A DNA stretch of 64,000 nucleotides from an uncultured Anaerolineaceae bacterium (GCA_964507335.1 CAZDPK010000003.1:1262-65261), one strand, 5' to 3'; counted from the stretch's first letter, positions 1-10,104 are shown. Translations and numbers: made by a program. The notes: generated by a model not told the origin, from the letters alone.

Positions 1-219
1 TCGGGGATTTTTCAGACCGGCATATTCGCGGATGGTATCCTGTGATTCCTGGCGGGCATCGTGAATAAAGCCGCAGGTATTGACTAAAACGAATTCAGCT
101 TGTTCAGGTGATTCTGAATAAGTCAGCCCTTCTGCTTCCAATAACTGCGCCAGGACGTTGGAATCAACCAGATTTTTAGCACAGCCCAGGCTGATGAGAT
201 GAAATGTGTTTTTTTTCAT
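1..219 (-). CDS. rimO: Radical-SAM methylthiotransferase, N-terminal part (RimO-like); 3' part lies outside the window
   Basis: The reverse complement from ATG at 219-217 reads [31 protein letters not shown]...[19 protein letters not shown](A/P)KN..DS and NTCGFI are MTTase N-domain signatures of RimO type. Confidence 0.65.
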   Translation of the reverse strand, partial: MKKNTFHLISLGCAKNLVDSNVLAQLLEAEGLTYSESPEQAEFVLVNTCGFIHDARQESQDTIREYAGLKNPR

Positions 220-226
220 TAAGTTC

Positions 227-1501
227 CTATGGGTTTTCGTCGGTACCAAGTAACGACAATTCTGTCATGCCTTCTATTGTGAAGAGAAGCCGGGCAGGGG
301 TGCCAAGCTTATCTGAGATTGGATCGACTGAACGCTGATTGAAGATGATCTCGATTGCGGATACGTTACCTGTTTGCAGTTCGATTTGGTCTTCACCGGT
401 ATAAGTCAAAACATTGCCTGCCAGCTGTCTGCCCTGGAAGATCACATCACCATCCGAGGTGACTCTCAACCAAACATTTTGGCGGATGAGGATTACGATT
501 TCAAGATTCGAATCATTTTCAGAGGCAGCATAAAAAGGCGTTGGAGTGGGGAGAATCTGTGCGGCTGGTTCTTCCATCGTTGGTGTGATCTGTGTGGCAA
601 TTGTGGTTGGTTCAGAAAGCAAAATCTCAGCCACGGCAGGTAACGTGCCGGTGACTTCGGGCTCCTCTTGCAAGAAAGTCATACGGGAGATACCCCAGAT
701 TAGGAAAGCCAGAATTCCAAGGATCATCAGGCTGCCAAAAAATAGATCTAGTGTAAAAAAACGCTTGAGATTTACTACAAACGGCGGAAGAATCCTGGGG
801 GTTTTTTTGGTCCGAGTTTTGGTGTTGCTTTTTTCGAGCCTGCGTTTCTGGATCGCATCTGCATAACGGATCATGACCCCAGCCACATCCAGGTTCAAGA
901 AACGGGCGTAGGACTGTAAGTGACCTTTGAATTGCATCGGGTTTATAAAAGCCTCCAGATCACCACGTTCGATGCTTCGAAGTTGATCTTTAGGGATATG
1001 GATTTCTTCTTCAATGACATCCCAGCTGATGTTTAGGTACCGACGGCGAGCCGCCAACTCACGTCCGATTGACATCAATGCCTCAATAGATTCGGTAAAT
1101 TCCTCGCTTGGAGAAATTGGCACAGGTTTTTCACTCATATCATCGGATTCGTTTTGAGGGATTGCTTCAGCTGGAGGAGAGGACTTGGAAGTCAGAATAA
1201 AACTGTTTCTAATTTTCTTCTCTTTTGGGACAACCTGTTTTTCCTCTGAAACCTCTGGTTTAATCTCTGGTAATGCTATCTCGACCGGTAACTCGTCTGC
1301 AGGCTCCTCTTTTAACCCTAAAAAGTCGGCATAAAGCTTCAGAAAGCCCTTGGTTTGTGTGGATGAACTAAGCTCAGAATATTCCTCATCTTCCAGGTCC
1401 TGCAAGATGGCCAAGCGGATATGAGTTGCAGTAGCAACCTGTTCAAGTGAAATGTTACGTTCCAGCCGAATTTTTTTGAGTTGAGAACCTGAATAATTCA
1501 T
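227..1501 (-). CDS. RodZ-like membrane protein with two tandem HTH (XRE/HTH_25) modules, one TM helix and a DUF4115-like C-terminus
   Basis: First HTH is [30 protein letters not shown]; second is [33 protein letters not shown] helix is [18 protein letters not shown]. The C-terminal beta-rich region ([15 protein letters not shown]...) is typical of RodZ. Confidence 0.7.
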   Translation of the reverse strand: MNYSGSQLKKIRLERNISLEQVATATHIRLAILQDLEDEEYSELSSSTQTKGFLKLYADFLGLKEEPADELPVEIALPEIKPEVSEEKQVVPKEKKIRNSFILTSKSSPPAEAIPQNESDDMSEKPVPISPSEEFTESIEALMSIGRELAARRRYLNISWDVIEEEIHIPKDQLRSIERGDLEAFINPMQFKGHLQSYARFLNLDVAGVMIRYADAIQKRRLEKSNTKTRTKKTPRILPPFVVNLKRFFTLDLFFGSLMILGILAFLIWGISRMTFLQEEPEVTGTLPAVAEILLSEPTTIATQITPTMEEPAAQILPTPTPFYAASENDSNLEIVILIRQNVWLRVTSDGDVIFQGRQLAGNVLTYTGEDQIELQTGNVSAIEIIFNQRSVDPISDKLGTPARLLFTIEGMTELSLLGTDENP

Positions 1502-1515
1502 GATGATGATTCTAA

Positions 1516-1550
1516 CAAAAAAATAGCCTGCTGAATTAACTCAGCAGGCT
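1516..1550 (-). terminator. Rho-independent terminator after rplI
   Basis: Perfect 10-bp stem agcctgctga / tcagcaggct (1525-1534 and 1541-1550) with a 6-nt loop, followed on the minus strand by a U-tract (A-run 1516-1523). Confidence 0.7.
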
Positions 1551-1574
1551 GCTACCCTTTTTTACTCCAGAATA

Positions 1575-2114
1575 CTATGCTTCAGGAGTCTCAGTCTCAG
1601 TCTCAGTAGTTTCGTCTTCGATCTCTTCGATTTCGACAAATACTTCTTCAACTGCCGGCACGAAGACTTCACCTTCACGATGAATGACAACCCGGACTTC
1701 AGGAACCAGGTCGAGTGTCAGGTTGACCGGGATCATGTATTCACCCAGGTTACGGATTGGCTCAGTGACCAGTTGGTTTCGCTCGAGTTCGATGCCTTTA
1801 TCTGCTTTAATGCGATCAGCGATAGCTTGAGCAGAAACAGAACCGTAGAGTTTGCCAGTTTCGCCGGCTTTGACCGGGAAAAAGAGCTCCAGCTTGGCAA
1901 GCACATCGGCAACACTTTTCAATTCGACATTGAGTGCGGCGCGGCGTTCGGTGGCTCGTTTGCCAATCGCTTCAGCGACCTTGGATGAACTTTCGGTAGC
2001 GGGGATTGCTAAACCTTGGGGGATGAGGTAGTTGCGGCCATAACCATTGGCGACTTTTTTGATATCGCCGGCACGACCAAGTTTGTAAACGTCCTTAATA
2101 AGTAAAACTTTCAT
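1575..2114 (-). CDS. rplI: 50S ribosomal protein L9 with an acidic C-terminal tail
   Basis: MKVLLIKDVYKLGRAGDIKKVANGYGRNYLIPQGLA is the canonical L9 N-terminus. I start at the ATG at 2114 rather than at the ORF-track start of 2165. Confidence 0.93.
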   Translation of the reverse strand: MKVLLIKDVYKLGRAGDIKKVANGYGRNYLIPQGLAIPATESSSKVAEAIGKRATERRAALNVELKSVADVLAKLELFFPVKAGETGKLYGSVSAQAIADRIKADKGIELERNQLVTEPIRNLGEYMIPVNLTLDLVPEVRVVIHREGEVFVPAVEEVFVEIEEIEDETTETETETPEA

Positions 2115-2599
2115 TTCTAGCCCTTTCTGTGCTAAGTGATTTTTTGTGGATGAAGGGTACAACATCCAAGCCGCTCAATATTACCATAAATTGCAATTTG
2201 CAAGAGCGAATACAATAAACTGTCCAGACTCCTTTCCGAAATTAGAGTCTCTCCATATGAATCAATCTTGTAGGCGTCTTACGGTCAAATCAGTGCTCGG
2301 CTAGGATGCCGTCATGATCACCGGCTGCTTCGTCCAGGAGATCTTTGCGTTCATTCGATTAAGATCCTTCGCTTTGATCATGATGATATAAGATCCACTC
2401 CCTTCAATTGCCTTCTTTCAATGCGCTGGAGGAAGGTGGTTTGTTTGTTCTTTCAAGTCAAAAGCCAACGCGCCACTGCTGTTCCCGAAGGTCTCCTGAC
2501 TGAACGTAAACGGTTACATCATGCGGTTTTTCTCACCGCTGATGGGCTCCATCAGGTATACTTAACTTGTTAACCATTAACCTAATTTTGAGGAGAGGT

Positions 2600-4255
2600 A
2601 TGACAGACCTAACACAATTTGATCAATGGCAGGAGAAATGCTACGATCCCGCCGTCAAGCGTTTCCCAGAACGAAAAGAGCAGTTCAAAACTTCATCCAA
2701 TATCCCTGTTCCAGCGGTTGTCCCACCTGAGAAAATTAACCCGGAGCAATTCGAAGAACTCGGTCTTCCCGGCATGTACCCTTACACTCGCGGTGTTCAA
2801 CCGACCATGTACCGCGGACGTCTGTGGACCATGCGCCAATATGCTGGTTTCTCCAGCGCGGAAGAATCGAACAAACGCTACCGATTCCTGCTTGAGCAGG
2901 GACAAACAGGTTTGAGCGTCGCTTTCGATCTGCCGACTCAGATCGGCTATGATGCGGACGACCCGATTGCGCTGGGTGAAGTGGGTAAGGTGGGTGTCTC
3001 TATTTCCTCAATTGAGGACATGGAAACCCTCTTCAACCTGATCCCACTTGACAAGGTCTCTACAAGCATGACCATTAATGCGCCAGCTGCTGTACTGCTG
3101 GCAATGTATATTGCTGTAGCGAAAAAACAAGGTGTTTCAGCAGCAGCGCTACGCGGTACGATCCAGAACGACATCCTGAAAGAGTATATTGCTCGCGGGA
3201 CGTATATCTTCCCCCCTAAACCCAGCATGCGCCTCATTACGGATATCTTCCAATATTGCAGACAGGAAGTACCCAACTGGAACACGATCAGTATCTCTGG
3301 ATATCACATCCGCGAAGCCGGCTCAACGGCTGTGCAGGAAGTTGCGTTTACCCTGGCAAACGCCATTGCCTACATCGATGCAGCCATCAAGGCGGGCATG
3401 GATGTGGACGAATTTGCCGACCAACTGTCTTTCTTCTTTAATGCCCACAACAACTTCCTGGAAGAGGTTGCCAAATTTAGAGCAGCTCGTCGGCTCTATG
3501 CCAAAATCATGCGAGAACGTTTTGGTGCCAGGAAAAACAAATCGGAACTTCTGCGTTTCCACACCCAAACGGCGGGATCAACATTGACTGCACAGCAACC
3601 TGAAAACAACGTCGTCAGAGTGACTCTGCAAGCCCTGGCAGCTGTTTTGGGGGGAACCCAATCGCTGCATACCAACAGCATGGACGAAGCACTGTGGTTA
3701 CCAACGGAAAAATCGGTGCAGGTAGCGCTGCGTACTCAGCAAATAATTGGATATGAATCCGGTGTTGCTGATTCCGTTGATCCTTTGGCTGGTTCTTATC
3801 TGGTGGAATACCTGACCGATGAGATAGAGAATCAAGCCATTGAATACATTGAGAAAATCGATGCGTTCGGTGGGGCACTGGCAGCCATTGAAAATGGCTT
3901 TATTCAAAACGAAATCCAGGAAGCCGCCTACCAGGCGCAGCGCAACCTGGAAAGCCTGGAGGATATCGTGGTTGGTGTCAACAAATTCCAGGTTAAAGAA
4001 GAAATATCGCTGGAATCACTGAGAATTGATCCCAAGATCGAACAGGACCAGCGCGAACGTCTGGCTGCACTGCGTGCTTCCCGCGATCCACAGATGGTTA
4101 ATGCTTTGTTGGACAAACTTGAGCGAACCGCCAACAGCGATGCCAATCTGATGCCGGTGATTATTGAATGTGTGGAAAACAAACTCACTTTGGGTGAGAT
4201 CTGCAATCGTTTGAGAAAAGTTTGGGGTGAATACGTTGCCCCCAATTTTCTCTAA
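2600..4255 (+). CDS. Methylmalonyl-CoA mutase family, catalytic (substrate-binding TIM barrel) subunit; no B12-binding domain
   Basis: [62 protein letters not shown] is the MCM alpha signature. The length stops before the Rossmann-like cobalamin domain. RBS aggagagg precedes the ATG at 2600. Confidence 0.9.
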   Translation: MTDLTQFDQWQEKCYDPAVKRFPERKEQFKTSSNIPVPAVVPPEKINPEQFEELGLPGMYPYTRGVQPTMYRGRLWTMRQYAGFSSAEESNKRYRFLLEQGQTGLSVAFDLPTQIGYDADDPIALGEVGKVGVSISSIEDMETLFNLIPLDKVSTSMTINAPAAVLLAMYIAVAKKQGVSAAALRGTIQNDILKEYIARGTYIFPPKPSMRLITDIFQYCRQEVPNWNTISISGYHIREAGSTAVQEVAFTLANAIAYIDAAIKAGMDVDEFADQLSFFFNAHNNFLEEVAKFRAARRLYAKIMRERFGARKNKSELLRFHTQTAGSTLTAQQPENNVVRVTLQALAAVLGGTQSLHTNSMDEALWLPTEKSVQVALRTQQIIGYESGVADSVDPLAGSYLVEYLTDEIENQAIEYIEKIDAFGGALAAIENGFIQNEIQEAAYQAQRNLESLEDIVVGVNKFQVKEEISLESLRIDPKIEQDQRERLAALRASRDPQMVNALLDKLERTANSDANLMPVIIECVENKLTLGEICNRLRKVWGEYVAPNFL

Positions 4256-4275
4256 GAAACATCAATAGGAGAGAG

Positions 4276-4683
4276 ATGGCAAAAATTACCAAAGTGAACC
4301 ATGTGGCGATCGTTGTAAAAGATATCGAGGAATCGCTAAAGTTTTGGGAAGAAAGCCTGGGTCTGACCCTCGACCACATTGAAGTAGTTCCTTCCCAGAA
4401 TTCCCGGGTCGCTTTCATCCCCGTTGGTGAAAGCGAGGTCGAGCTGGTGCAGCCCACCAGCGCAGAGACCGGTCTGGCTGCCTACTTGGAAAAAAGGGGC
4501 GAGGGTATGCATCACCTCTGCATGGAAGTGGATGATATTGACGCGAAGTTGGCAGAACTCAAAGAAAAAGGCGTACGCCTGATCAATGAGACCCCCGAAG
4601 TTTTGCCTGGTCGTAAGATGGCATTTATCCATCCTAAAGCCGGAAATGGTGTGTTGATCGAACTTTACCAACTGACTGACTAA
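4276..4683 (+). CDS. mce: Methylmalonyl-CoA epimerase (VOC/glyoxalase fold)
   Basis: 135 aa with VNHVAIVVKDIEESLKFW...GMHHLCMEVDDID...FIHPKAGNGVLIELYQ, directly downstream of the mutase. Confidence 0.85.
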   Translation: MAKITKVNHVAIVVKDIEESLKFWEESLGLTLDHIEVVPSQNSRVAFIPVGESEVELVQPTSAETGLAAYLEKRGEGMHHLCMEVDDIDAKLAELKEKGVRLINETPEVLPGRKMAFIHPKAGNGVLIELYQLTD

Positions 4684-4709
4684 GCTCACCAAGCCACAAG
4701 GAGGCAAAA

Positions 4710-6050
4710 ATGATCATTAGGAACGGAAACATTGTCACATGGAGTGAACCTAACCAGATCTTGGAGGGGCAAGAAATTCTGGTCCAGGGTGGAATCATAA
4801 AGTCGATTGAGCCAGAAGGTCAGTTGACAGCAAAGTATCCAGAGGAAGAGGTATTGGATGCGCATGGTCAGTTGATCATGCCCGGTAATATCTGTGCACA
4901 TACTCACTTTTATGGCGCTTTTTCGCGCGGAATGGCAATTCCTGGTGAGCCGGCGATCAATTTCCAGCAAATCCTCGAAAAATTGTGGTGGAAATTGGAC
5001 AAAGCATTGGATGAAGAGGGCACCCGCTATTCTGCTTTGACACTGCTGATTGACGCCATCAAATACGGCACTACCACCGTCATAGACCACCATGCTTCGC
5101 CAAACTTCATCGATGGCTCGCTGGACATCGTTTACGATGCAGTCAAACAAACAGGATTGCGCTCTGCCTTATGTTATGAAGTAACTGACCGAGATGGCGA
5201 AGAACGTGCTTTAGCTGGTATCAGGGAAAACAGCCGCTTCATCAGCCGCGTCCAGGCAGGGGAGATCGACCCGATGGTTAAAGCTCATTTTGGCTTACAT
5301 GCCAGTCTGACTGTTTCTGATGAGACCCTTGATAAATGTATCGAAGAAAACGACAACCGGGTTGGTTTTCACGTACACGCTGCCGAAGGGATTGTTGACC
5401 AGGAGGATTCGCTGGCAAAATATGGCAAGCGGGTTGTGGAACGTTTCTCGGACAAGAAGATTCTAAGTGACCGCAGTATTTTGGCACACGGAATTCACCT
5501 CTCGGACAACGAAATAAAGCTCCTCGCAAAAAGCCAAAGCTGGCTGACACACCAACCGCGTTCCAATATGAACAATGCGGTCGGCGTTGCAGCCGTAGAA
5601 AAACTGCTGGAGAGCGGCGTGAATTTGTGTTTGGGTAACGATGGCTTTTCAAATGCCATGTGGCAGGAGTGGTTCTTCACTTATCTGCTGCAAAAAGACC
5701 ATAAGGGCGACCCGAGAGCGATGAACGGCTATGATGTCATCAAAATCGCAGTTAACAATAATTCAAGACTTGCTACCCAAATCTGGGGAGGTCTGCGCGT
5801 AGGTGTAATTGAACCGGGAGCAGTGGCTGATATTATTTTCGTTGATTATCACCCAATCACACCCATGACCAGTGGCAATTTGCCCTGGCATATCCTGTTT
5901 GGCTTTCGGGATGGCATGGTCACGATGACCATGGCAAACGGTAAGGTTTTGATGAAAGACCGCAAGCTCCAGTTCCTGGATGAGGCGGAAATTGCTGCAA
6001 AATCACGCGAAGTTGCTGCCCAGACCTGGGCACGCGTCGCACAATTGTAA
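4710..6050 (+). CDS. ssnA: SsnA-like amidohydrolase (chlorohydrolase/deaminase superfamily)
   Basis: Metal motif HTHFYGAFSRG, plus KLWWKLDKALDEE, VIDHHASP, HVHAAE, HQPRSNMNN and GNDG. As I remember them, these match the SsnA family (TIGR03314-like). The YgfM/XdhD-like context downstream supports the call. Confidence 0.7.
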   Translation: MIIRNGNIVTWSEPNQILEGQEILVQGGIIKSIEPEGQLTAKYPEEEVLDAHGQLIMPGNICAHTHFYGAFSRGMAIPGEPAINFQQILEKLWWKLDKALDEEGTRYSALTLLIDAIKYGTTTVIDHHASPNFIDGSLDIVYDAVKQTGLRSALCYEVTDRDGEERALAGIRENSRFISRVQAGEIDPMVKAHFGLHASLTVSDETLDKCIEENDNRVGFHVHAAEGIVDQEDSLAKYGKRVVERFSDKKILSDRSILAHGIHLSDNEIKLLAKSQSWLTHQPRSNMNNAVGVAAVEKLLESGVNLCLGNDGFSNAMWQEWFFTYLLQKDHKGDPRAMNGYDVIKIAVNNNSRLATQIWGGLRVGVIEPGAVADIIFVDYHPITPMTSGNLPWHILFGFRDGMVTMTMANGKVLMKDRKLQFLDEAEIAAKSREVAAQTWARVAQL

Positions 6051-6060
6051 TGGAGAAAAG

Positions 6061-6720
6061 ATGAAATACACAATTGGAATTATTGGTGGAACGGGTAAAG
6101 AAGGTAGTGGACTGGCTTATCGCTGGGCGTTGGCTGGTCATAAGGTGATCATCGGATCGCGCCAGGAAGAAAAAGCTCTGGCTGCTGTTGATTCTCTGCT
6201 CGAAAAGATTGGTGATCAGGAAGTTGATCTTTCCGGTATGTCGAATGCTGAGGCTGTAAAAGGGTGTGAAATTGCCGTTTTAACCGTCCCATTTGCGGTC
6301 CATGCTTCCACCCTTGAAGGATTGAAGGAAGAATTGCAGGGAAAACTGATGATCGATGTTTGCGTTCCCCTTGTACCTCCAAAAGTCAGCAAGGTGCAGA
6401 TGCCCCCGGAAGGCAGCGCTGCATTGCAAGCCAAAGCGATCCTGGGACCCGATGTGCAGGTTGTGGATGCTTTCCAAACAATTGCTTTTGAACACCTTTT
6501 ATCAAATGAAGAGATTGAATGTGACGTTTTGGTAGCTGGTGGAAACAAGGAAGCCCGCGAAATCGTGATTAGTTTGGCGGAAGATATTGGTTTGAAAGCT
6601 TGGGATGCCGGTGTAATTGAGAACACAGTTGTGGTCGAAGGAATGACATCGATTTTGATTGGTCTCAATATGAAATACAAAGTTCCTTCCTCAGGGATTC
6701 GCATAACTGGTATCGAATGA
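6061..6720 (+). CDS. npdG: NADPH-dependent F420 reductase (F420H2:NADP+ oxidoreductase, NpdG family)
   Basis: MKYTIGIIGGTGKEGSGLAYRWALAGHKVIIGSRQEEKA is the NpdG N-terminus, and the length is about 220 aa. Start taken at ATG 6061. The stop overlaps the cofE start (ATGA). Confidence 0.85.
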   Translation: MKYTIGIIGGTGKEGSGLAYRWALAGHKVIIGSRQEEKALAAVDSLLEKIGDQEVDLSGMSNAEAVKGCEIAVLTVPFAVHASTLEGLKEELQGKLMIDVCVPLVPPKVSKVQMPPEGSAALQAKAILGPDVQVVDAFQTIAFEHLLSNEEIECDVLVAGGNKEAREIVISLAEDIGLKAWDAGVIENTVVVEGMTSILIGLNMKYKVPSSGIRITGIE

Positions 6721-7496
6721 GCCAACCCAAACGACTCACACTCAGTGCAGTTGCTGGAATTCCACTCATCCATGAAGGTGACGATCTGGCAGAGATCATT
6801 TTTCAAGCGGCAATGGACTGTGACCTGACCTTTGAGGACGATGATGTATTGGTATTGGCGCAAAAAATAGTCTCTAAGGCGGAAGGTCGTCTGGTCAACC
6901 TGAGCAGTGTCACTCCTTCAGTTGAAGCAGTGGAATTGTCGACCTTTTTGGATAAACGACCTGAACTGGTGGAGTTGATTCTCAGGGAAAGTTCAGAGGT
7001 CCTTCGCACCCGGCCTGGCACAATCATCGTTCAACACAAAGCTGGCTTTGTGTGCGCAAATGCCGGCATCGATCATTCCAATGTCAAGGGACCTTGGGGT
7101 GAGGAAAACGATTGGGTATTGCTTTTGCCAGAGGATTCGGATCAATCTGCTGGGCGTATTCGAAAGCAGCTTGAAGAAAAAACAGGTAAACGGCTTGCGG
7201 TTCTAATTATTGATTCTCACGGGCGAGCCTGGCGAAATGGGGTTGTGGGTACAGCTATCGGTTTATCGGGGATGCCAGGCTTGGTGGACATGCGCGGAAC
7301 GGAAGATATGAACGGCTACAAGATGCGGGTGACGACAATTGCAGCAGCCGACGAGCTCGGTGCCGCAGCCTCCTTGCTAATGGGGCAGACCAGTGAAGGA
7401 ACGCCAGTGGTGCATGCGCGGGGTTTCCCGTATCCACTGCGTGAAGGTTGTGTGGCTGAATTGATCCGCGACAAGGAAAAAGACTTGTTCAGATGA
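6717..7496 (+). CDS. cofE: Coenzyme F420-0:L-glutamate ligase, single-domain (archaeal-type CofE, no nitroreductase-like C-domain)
   Basis: LAQKIVSKAEGRLV, ANAGIDHSNV and IIDSHGRAWRNGVVGTAIG. The protein is only 259 aa. Confidence 0.9.
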   Translation: MSQPKRLTLSAVAGIPLIHEGDDLAEIIFQAAMDCDLTFEDDDVLVLAQKIVSKAEGRLVNLSSVTPSVEAVELSTFLDKRPELVELILRESSEVLRTRPGTIIVQHKAGFVCANAGIDHSNVKGPWGEENDWVLLLPEDSDQSAGRIRKQLEEKTGKRLAVLIIDSHGRAWRNGVVGTAIGLSGMPGLVDMRGTEDMNGYKMRVTTIAAADELGAAASLLMGQTSEGTPVVHARGFPYPLREGCVAELIRDKEKDLFR

Positions 7497-8467
7497 GCGA
7501 ATTCACTTTTCCTCAATTTTCTACACTCAAAGTAGCTGTGCTGGCAGGAGGTGTTGGTGGGGCGAAACTGGTGCTTGGTCTGGACCGTGTGCTTTCCCCT
7601 GGAAGCCTGAGTGCCATTGTCAATACAGGAGACGATTTCACCCATTTTGGTCTGAAAATATGCCCGGATATTGATTCCGTCTGCTACTCACTGGCTGGCT
7701 TGGCGAACAAAAGCTACGGTTGGGGACTGGAAGGGGAAACCTGGAATGTTGCTGATGCGCTGGAAACCCTGGGGGCACCAACCTGGTTTCAACTGGGCGA
7801 TCGTGACCTGGCTACCCATCTCGAGCGCACACGCCAGTTAGGGCAGGGTAAAAAGCTTAACCAGATTGTGGCTGAATTTTGCGCAAACTGGGGTATTTTA
7901 AGCCACATTCTTCCTATGAGCGATGATGATGCACCGACCCTGATCGAGACCAAATCGGGAGCGATCTTACCTTTCCAGGATTATCTGGTCAAGGAGAAGG
8001 CACAGCCTGAAGTCAACCGAATCCTTCTGCATGGTGGGCTTGAGCCAACACTTCTGCCAGAGGCCCTGTTATCCATCAAGGAGGCAGACCTGGTTGTGAT
8101 AGCGCCATCTAATCCATGGGTAAGTATTGATCCAATTTTGGGATTGAGCGGTGTAAGAGAGGCATTGGAAACTAAGTATGTTGTGGCTGTGTCTCCAATA
8201 ATCCAGGGCAAAGCTATCAAGGGTCCGGCAGCGAAGATGTTTAACGAACTGGGCATCCAACCCTCCAGCCTGGCTGTTTTGAAACACTACTCGGATTTGC
8301 TTGATCTGTTTGTTTATGATGCCAGCGAAAAGCCAATTTCTTCAGCCGACATTCCAGAAGGTATAGAGACTATTCAACTTCAAACTATTATGTCCGATGA
8401 AGCAGATAAGGTTCAACTTGCCAGAGGCATCCTCGAGCATTTTACTGCCATGTATGGAGCCAGATGA
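7493..8467 (+). CDS. cofD: 2-phospho-L-lactate (or EPPG) transferase CofD/FbiA
   Basis: KVAVLAGGVGGAKLVLGL...VNTGDDF...APSNPWVSIDPIL. ATGA overlaps on both sides. Confidence 0.9.
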   Translation: MSEFTFPQFSTLKVAVLAGGVGGAKLVLGLDRVLSPGSLSAIVNTGDDFTHFGLKICPDIDSVCYSLAGLANKSYGWGLEGETWNVADALETLGAPTWFQLGDRDLATHLERTRQLGQGKKLNQIVAEFCANWGILSHILPMSDDDAPTLIETKSGAILPFQDYLVKEKAQPEVNRILLHGGLEPTLLPEALLSIKEADLVVIAPSNPWVSIDPILGLSGVREALETKYVVAVSPIIQGKAIKGPAAKMFNELGIQPSSLAVLKHYSDLLDLFVYDASEKPISSADIPEGIETIQLQTIMSDEADKVQLARGILEHFTAMYGAR

Positions 8468-9087
8468 CCTCGTGGGCAGTGCTTCCCGTTAAACCGCTGA
8501 GCAAGGGGAAGTCACGTTTGCATGGCTGCTTGAATGCTGAAGAAGTTTACTCGCTCAATCGCTGCTTTTTTGAAGAAACCTATCAGAAACTTAATGGCAG
8601 CAATGAAATAGACCGAATTCTGGTCGTGAGTCAGGATGAGGACGTGTTGAAATTTACGCGCCGTTTGGGCGGGGTAGCTTTGAAAGAAAACAAGCAAAGC
8701 AGCCTCAATGAAGCAGTGTCGCAAGCGCTCGCCTTTATTTTGGAAAACGACCCCGGCATGGTATTAATTGTGCCTGCCGATTTGCCTTGGATGACCGTAG
8801 AGGACCTGTCCGGGTTAATGAAGCTGCGCCAGAAAAAAGAATTTATGGTCATTGTTCCCGATCAAGATCAGCGGGGAACAAATGCGATCCTCCTCAGTCA
8901 GCCAGGCTTGCTCACTCCAAAATTTGGACGACAATCTTTTCAAAAACATGCCCAACAAGCAGCCAATCGATCCGTACAATTGGTCGTTTGGTTAAACAAA
9001 AACATCCAAAGGGACCTAGATACCCCTCAGGATTTGATATTCTATAATAAAATCAAGTTCAATCCAATCCATATATTTTCTGAGTAG
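8464..9087 (+). CDS. cofC: Guanylyltransferase CofC/FbiD of F420 biosynthesis
   Basis: WAVLPVKPLSKGKSRL...VSQDEDV...IVPADLPW...DQDQRGTNAIL, about 207 aa, MobA-like fold. Confidence 0.85.
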   Translation: MTSWAVLPVKPLSKGKSRLHGCLNAEEVYSLNRCFFEETYQKLNGSNEIDRILVVSQDEDVLKFTRRLGGVALKENKQSSLNEAVSQALAFILENDPGMVLIVPADLPWMTVEDLSGLMKLRQKKEFMVIVPDQDQRGTNAILLSQPGLLTPKFGRQSFQKHAQQAANRSVQLVVWLNKNIQRDLDTPQDLIFYNKIKFNPIHIFSE

Positions 9088-9102
9088 AAAGGACTTCTCA
9101 CT

Positions 9103-10104
9103 ATGTTCGAAAAAGTTGCTCTATACCTCCAGGACTCCCACGATTTACGCGATGGTCTTGAAATTGTGAAATACGCTGAAGAAAAAGGCTTCGATTCTGT
9201 TTGGCAGGCTGAAAGCCGGCTTGTCCGCGATGCAATCGTGCCGATGGCAGCTTATGCTGCAGTAACCGAAAAAATCAAGGTCGGTTCAGCGGTTATCAAT
9301 AACTGGACCCGTAATATTGGTCTGTTAGCTTCAACCTTCCTGACCATGGACGATCTTGCACCAAACCGGATTATTTGTGGCATCGGTGCCTGGTGGGATC
9401 CGTTGGCAAAAAATGTGGGCATTAACCGCACCAAACCATTGAAAGCGATGGAAGAAACTATTACCATCTTACGCAGGCTTCTGAATATGGAGAATGTTAC
9501 TTTCGAAGGTGAATTTGTCCAAGTTCACGGTATTGAACTGGACGTTGTTCACGGTCGTCGTGAACCCCGTAATGTTCCCATCTATATTGGCGCAACCGGC
9601 GGCAAGATGATTGAAATGACAGGGCGAATCGCCGATGGTATCGTCATGAACTATTGTGTGCCGGTGGAATACAACGACTATGCTCTGGAACAGCTTGACA
9701 AAGGCTTGAAACAAGCCGGGCGCAAAATGGAAGAATTTGACCGTCCGCAATTGGTGGTCTGCTCTGTGGACGAAGACCATGACAAGGCGATTGACACGAC
9801 CCGGGAATTGCTCACTCAATACCTGGCACAGCAACCTCACATCGCCCAGGCTTCTGGCGTTTCCATGGATATCGTTGAAAGTATCCAGGCGATTTTAGGC
9901 TGGCCAGCCACTCATGAGCAGATTCAGGCTGCCAAACATTTGGTTCCCGACGATTTGATCCACCGTATCACTGCCAGCGGCACGCCGGCTGAAGCCCGCG
10001 CTAAAGTGCAGGAATACATTGACCACGGTTGTACCTGTCCGATTCTGTATGGAGTCGGCGGAAATACCAAGCTTCTGATCGATACATTTGCTAAAGAGAG
10101 TTAA
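9103..10104 (+). CDS. LLM-class (luciferase-like, Mer-like) F420-dependent oxidoreductase
   Basis: 333 aa with [18 protein letters not shown]...[23 protein letters not shown]...[19 protein letters not shown]. Typical LLM/Mer family layout, adjacent to the cof genes. Confidence 0.8.
   Translation: MFEKVALYLQDSHDLRDGLEIVKYAEEKGFDSVWQAESRLVRDAIVPMAAYAAVTEKIKVGSAVINNWTRNIGLLASTFLTMDDLAPNRIICGIGAWWDPLAKNVGINRTKPLKAMEETITILRRLLNMENVTFEGEFVQVHGIELDVVHGRREPRNVPIYIGATGGKMIEMTGRIADGIVMNYCVPVEYNDYALEQLDKGLKQAGRKMEEFDRPQLVVCSVDEDHDKAIDTTRELLTQYLAQQPHIAQASGVSMDIVESIQAILGWPATHEQIQAAKHLVPDDLIHRITASGTPAEARAKVQEYIDHGCTCPILYGVGGNTKLLIDTFAKES

Noticed and set aside
1588-1606. Tandem gtctca x3 micro-repeat.
   Set aside because: It lies inside rplI and encodes the acidic TETETE tail. 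It is coding low complexity, not a regulatory or CRISPR-like repeat.
2440-2520. Possible cobalamin riboswitch in front of the B12-dependent mutase (GCCACTG, and a B12-box-like AGTCAGGAGACC).
   Set aside because: The two strings lie on opposite strands and in the wrong order. The GGGAA / GGUG..AA.CC core elements are missing. B12 riboswitches normally control transport, biosynthesis or B12-independent isozymes, not B12-dependent enzymes. I kept it only as part of the unassigned-leader finding.
2166-2599. Moco riboswitch upstream of a cluster rich in molybdenum enzymes.
   Set aside because: I could not find the conserved Moco-motif strings on either strand as I remember them. Only a covariance-model scan could settle this.
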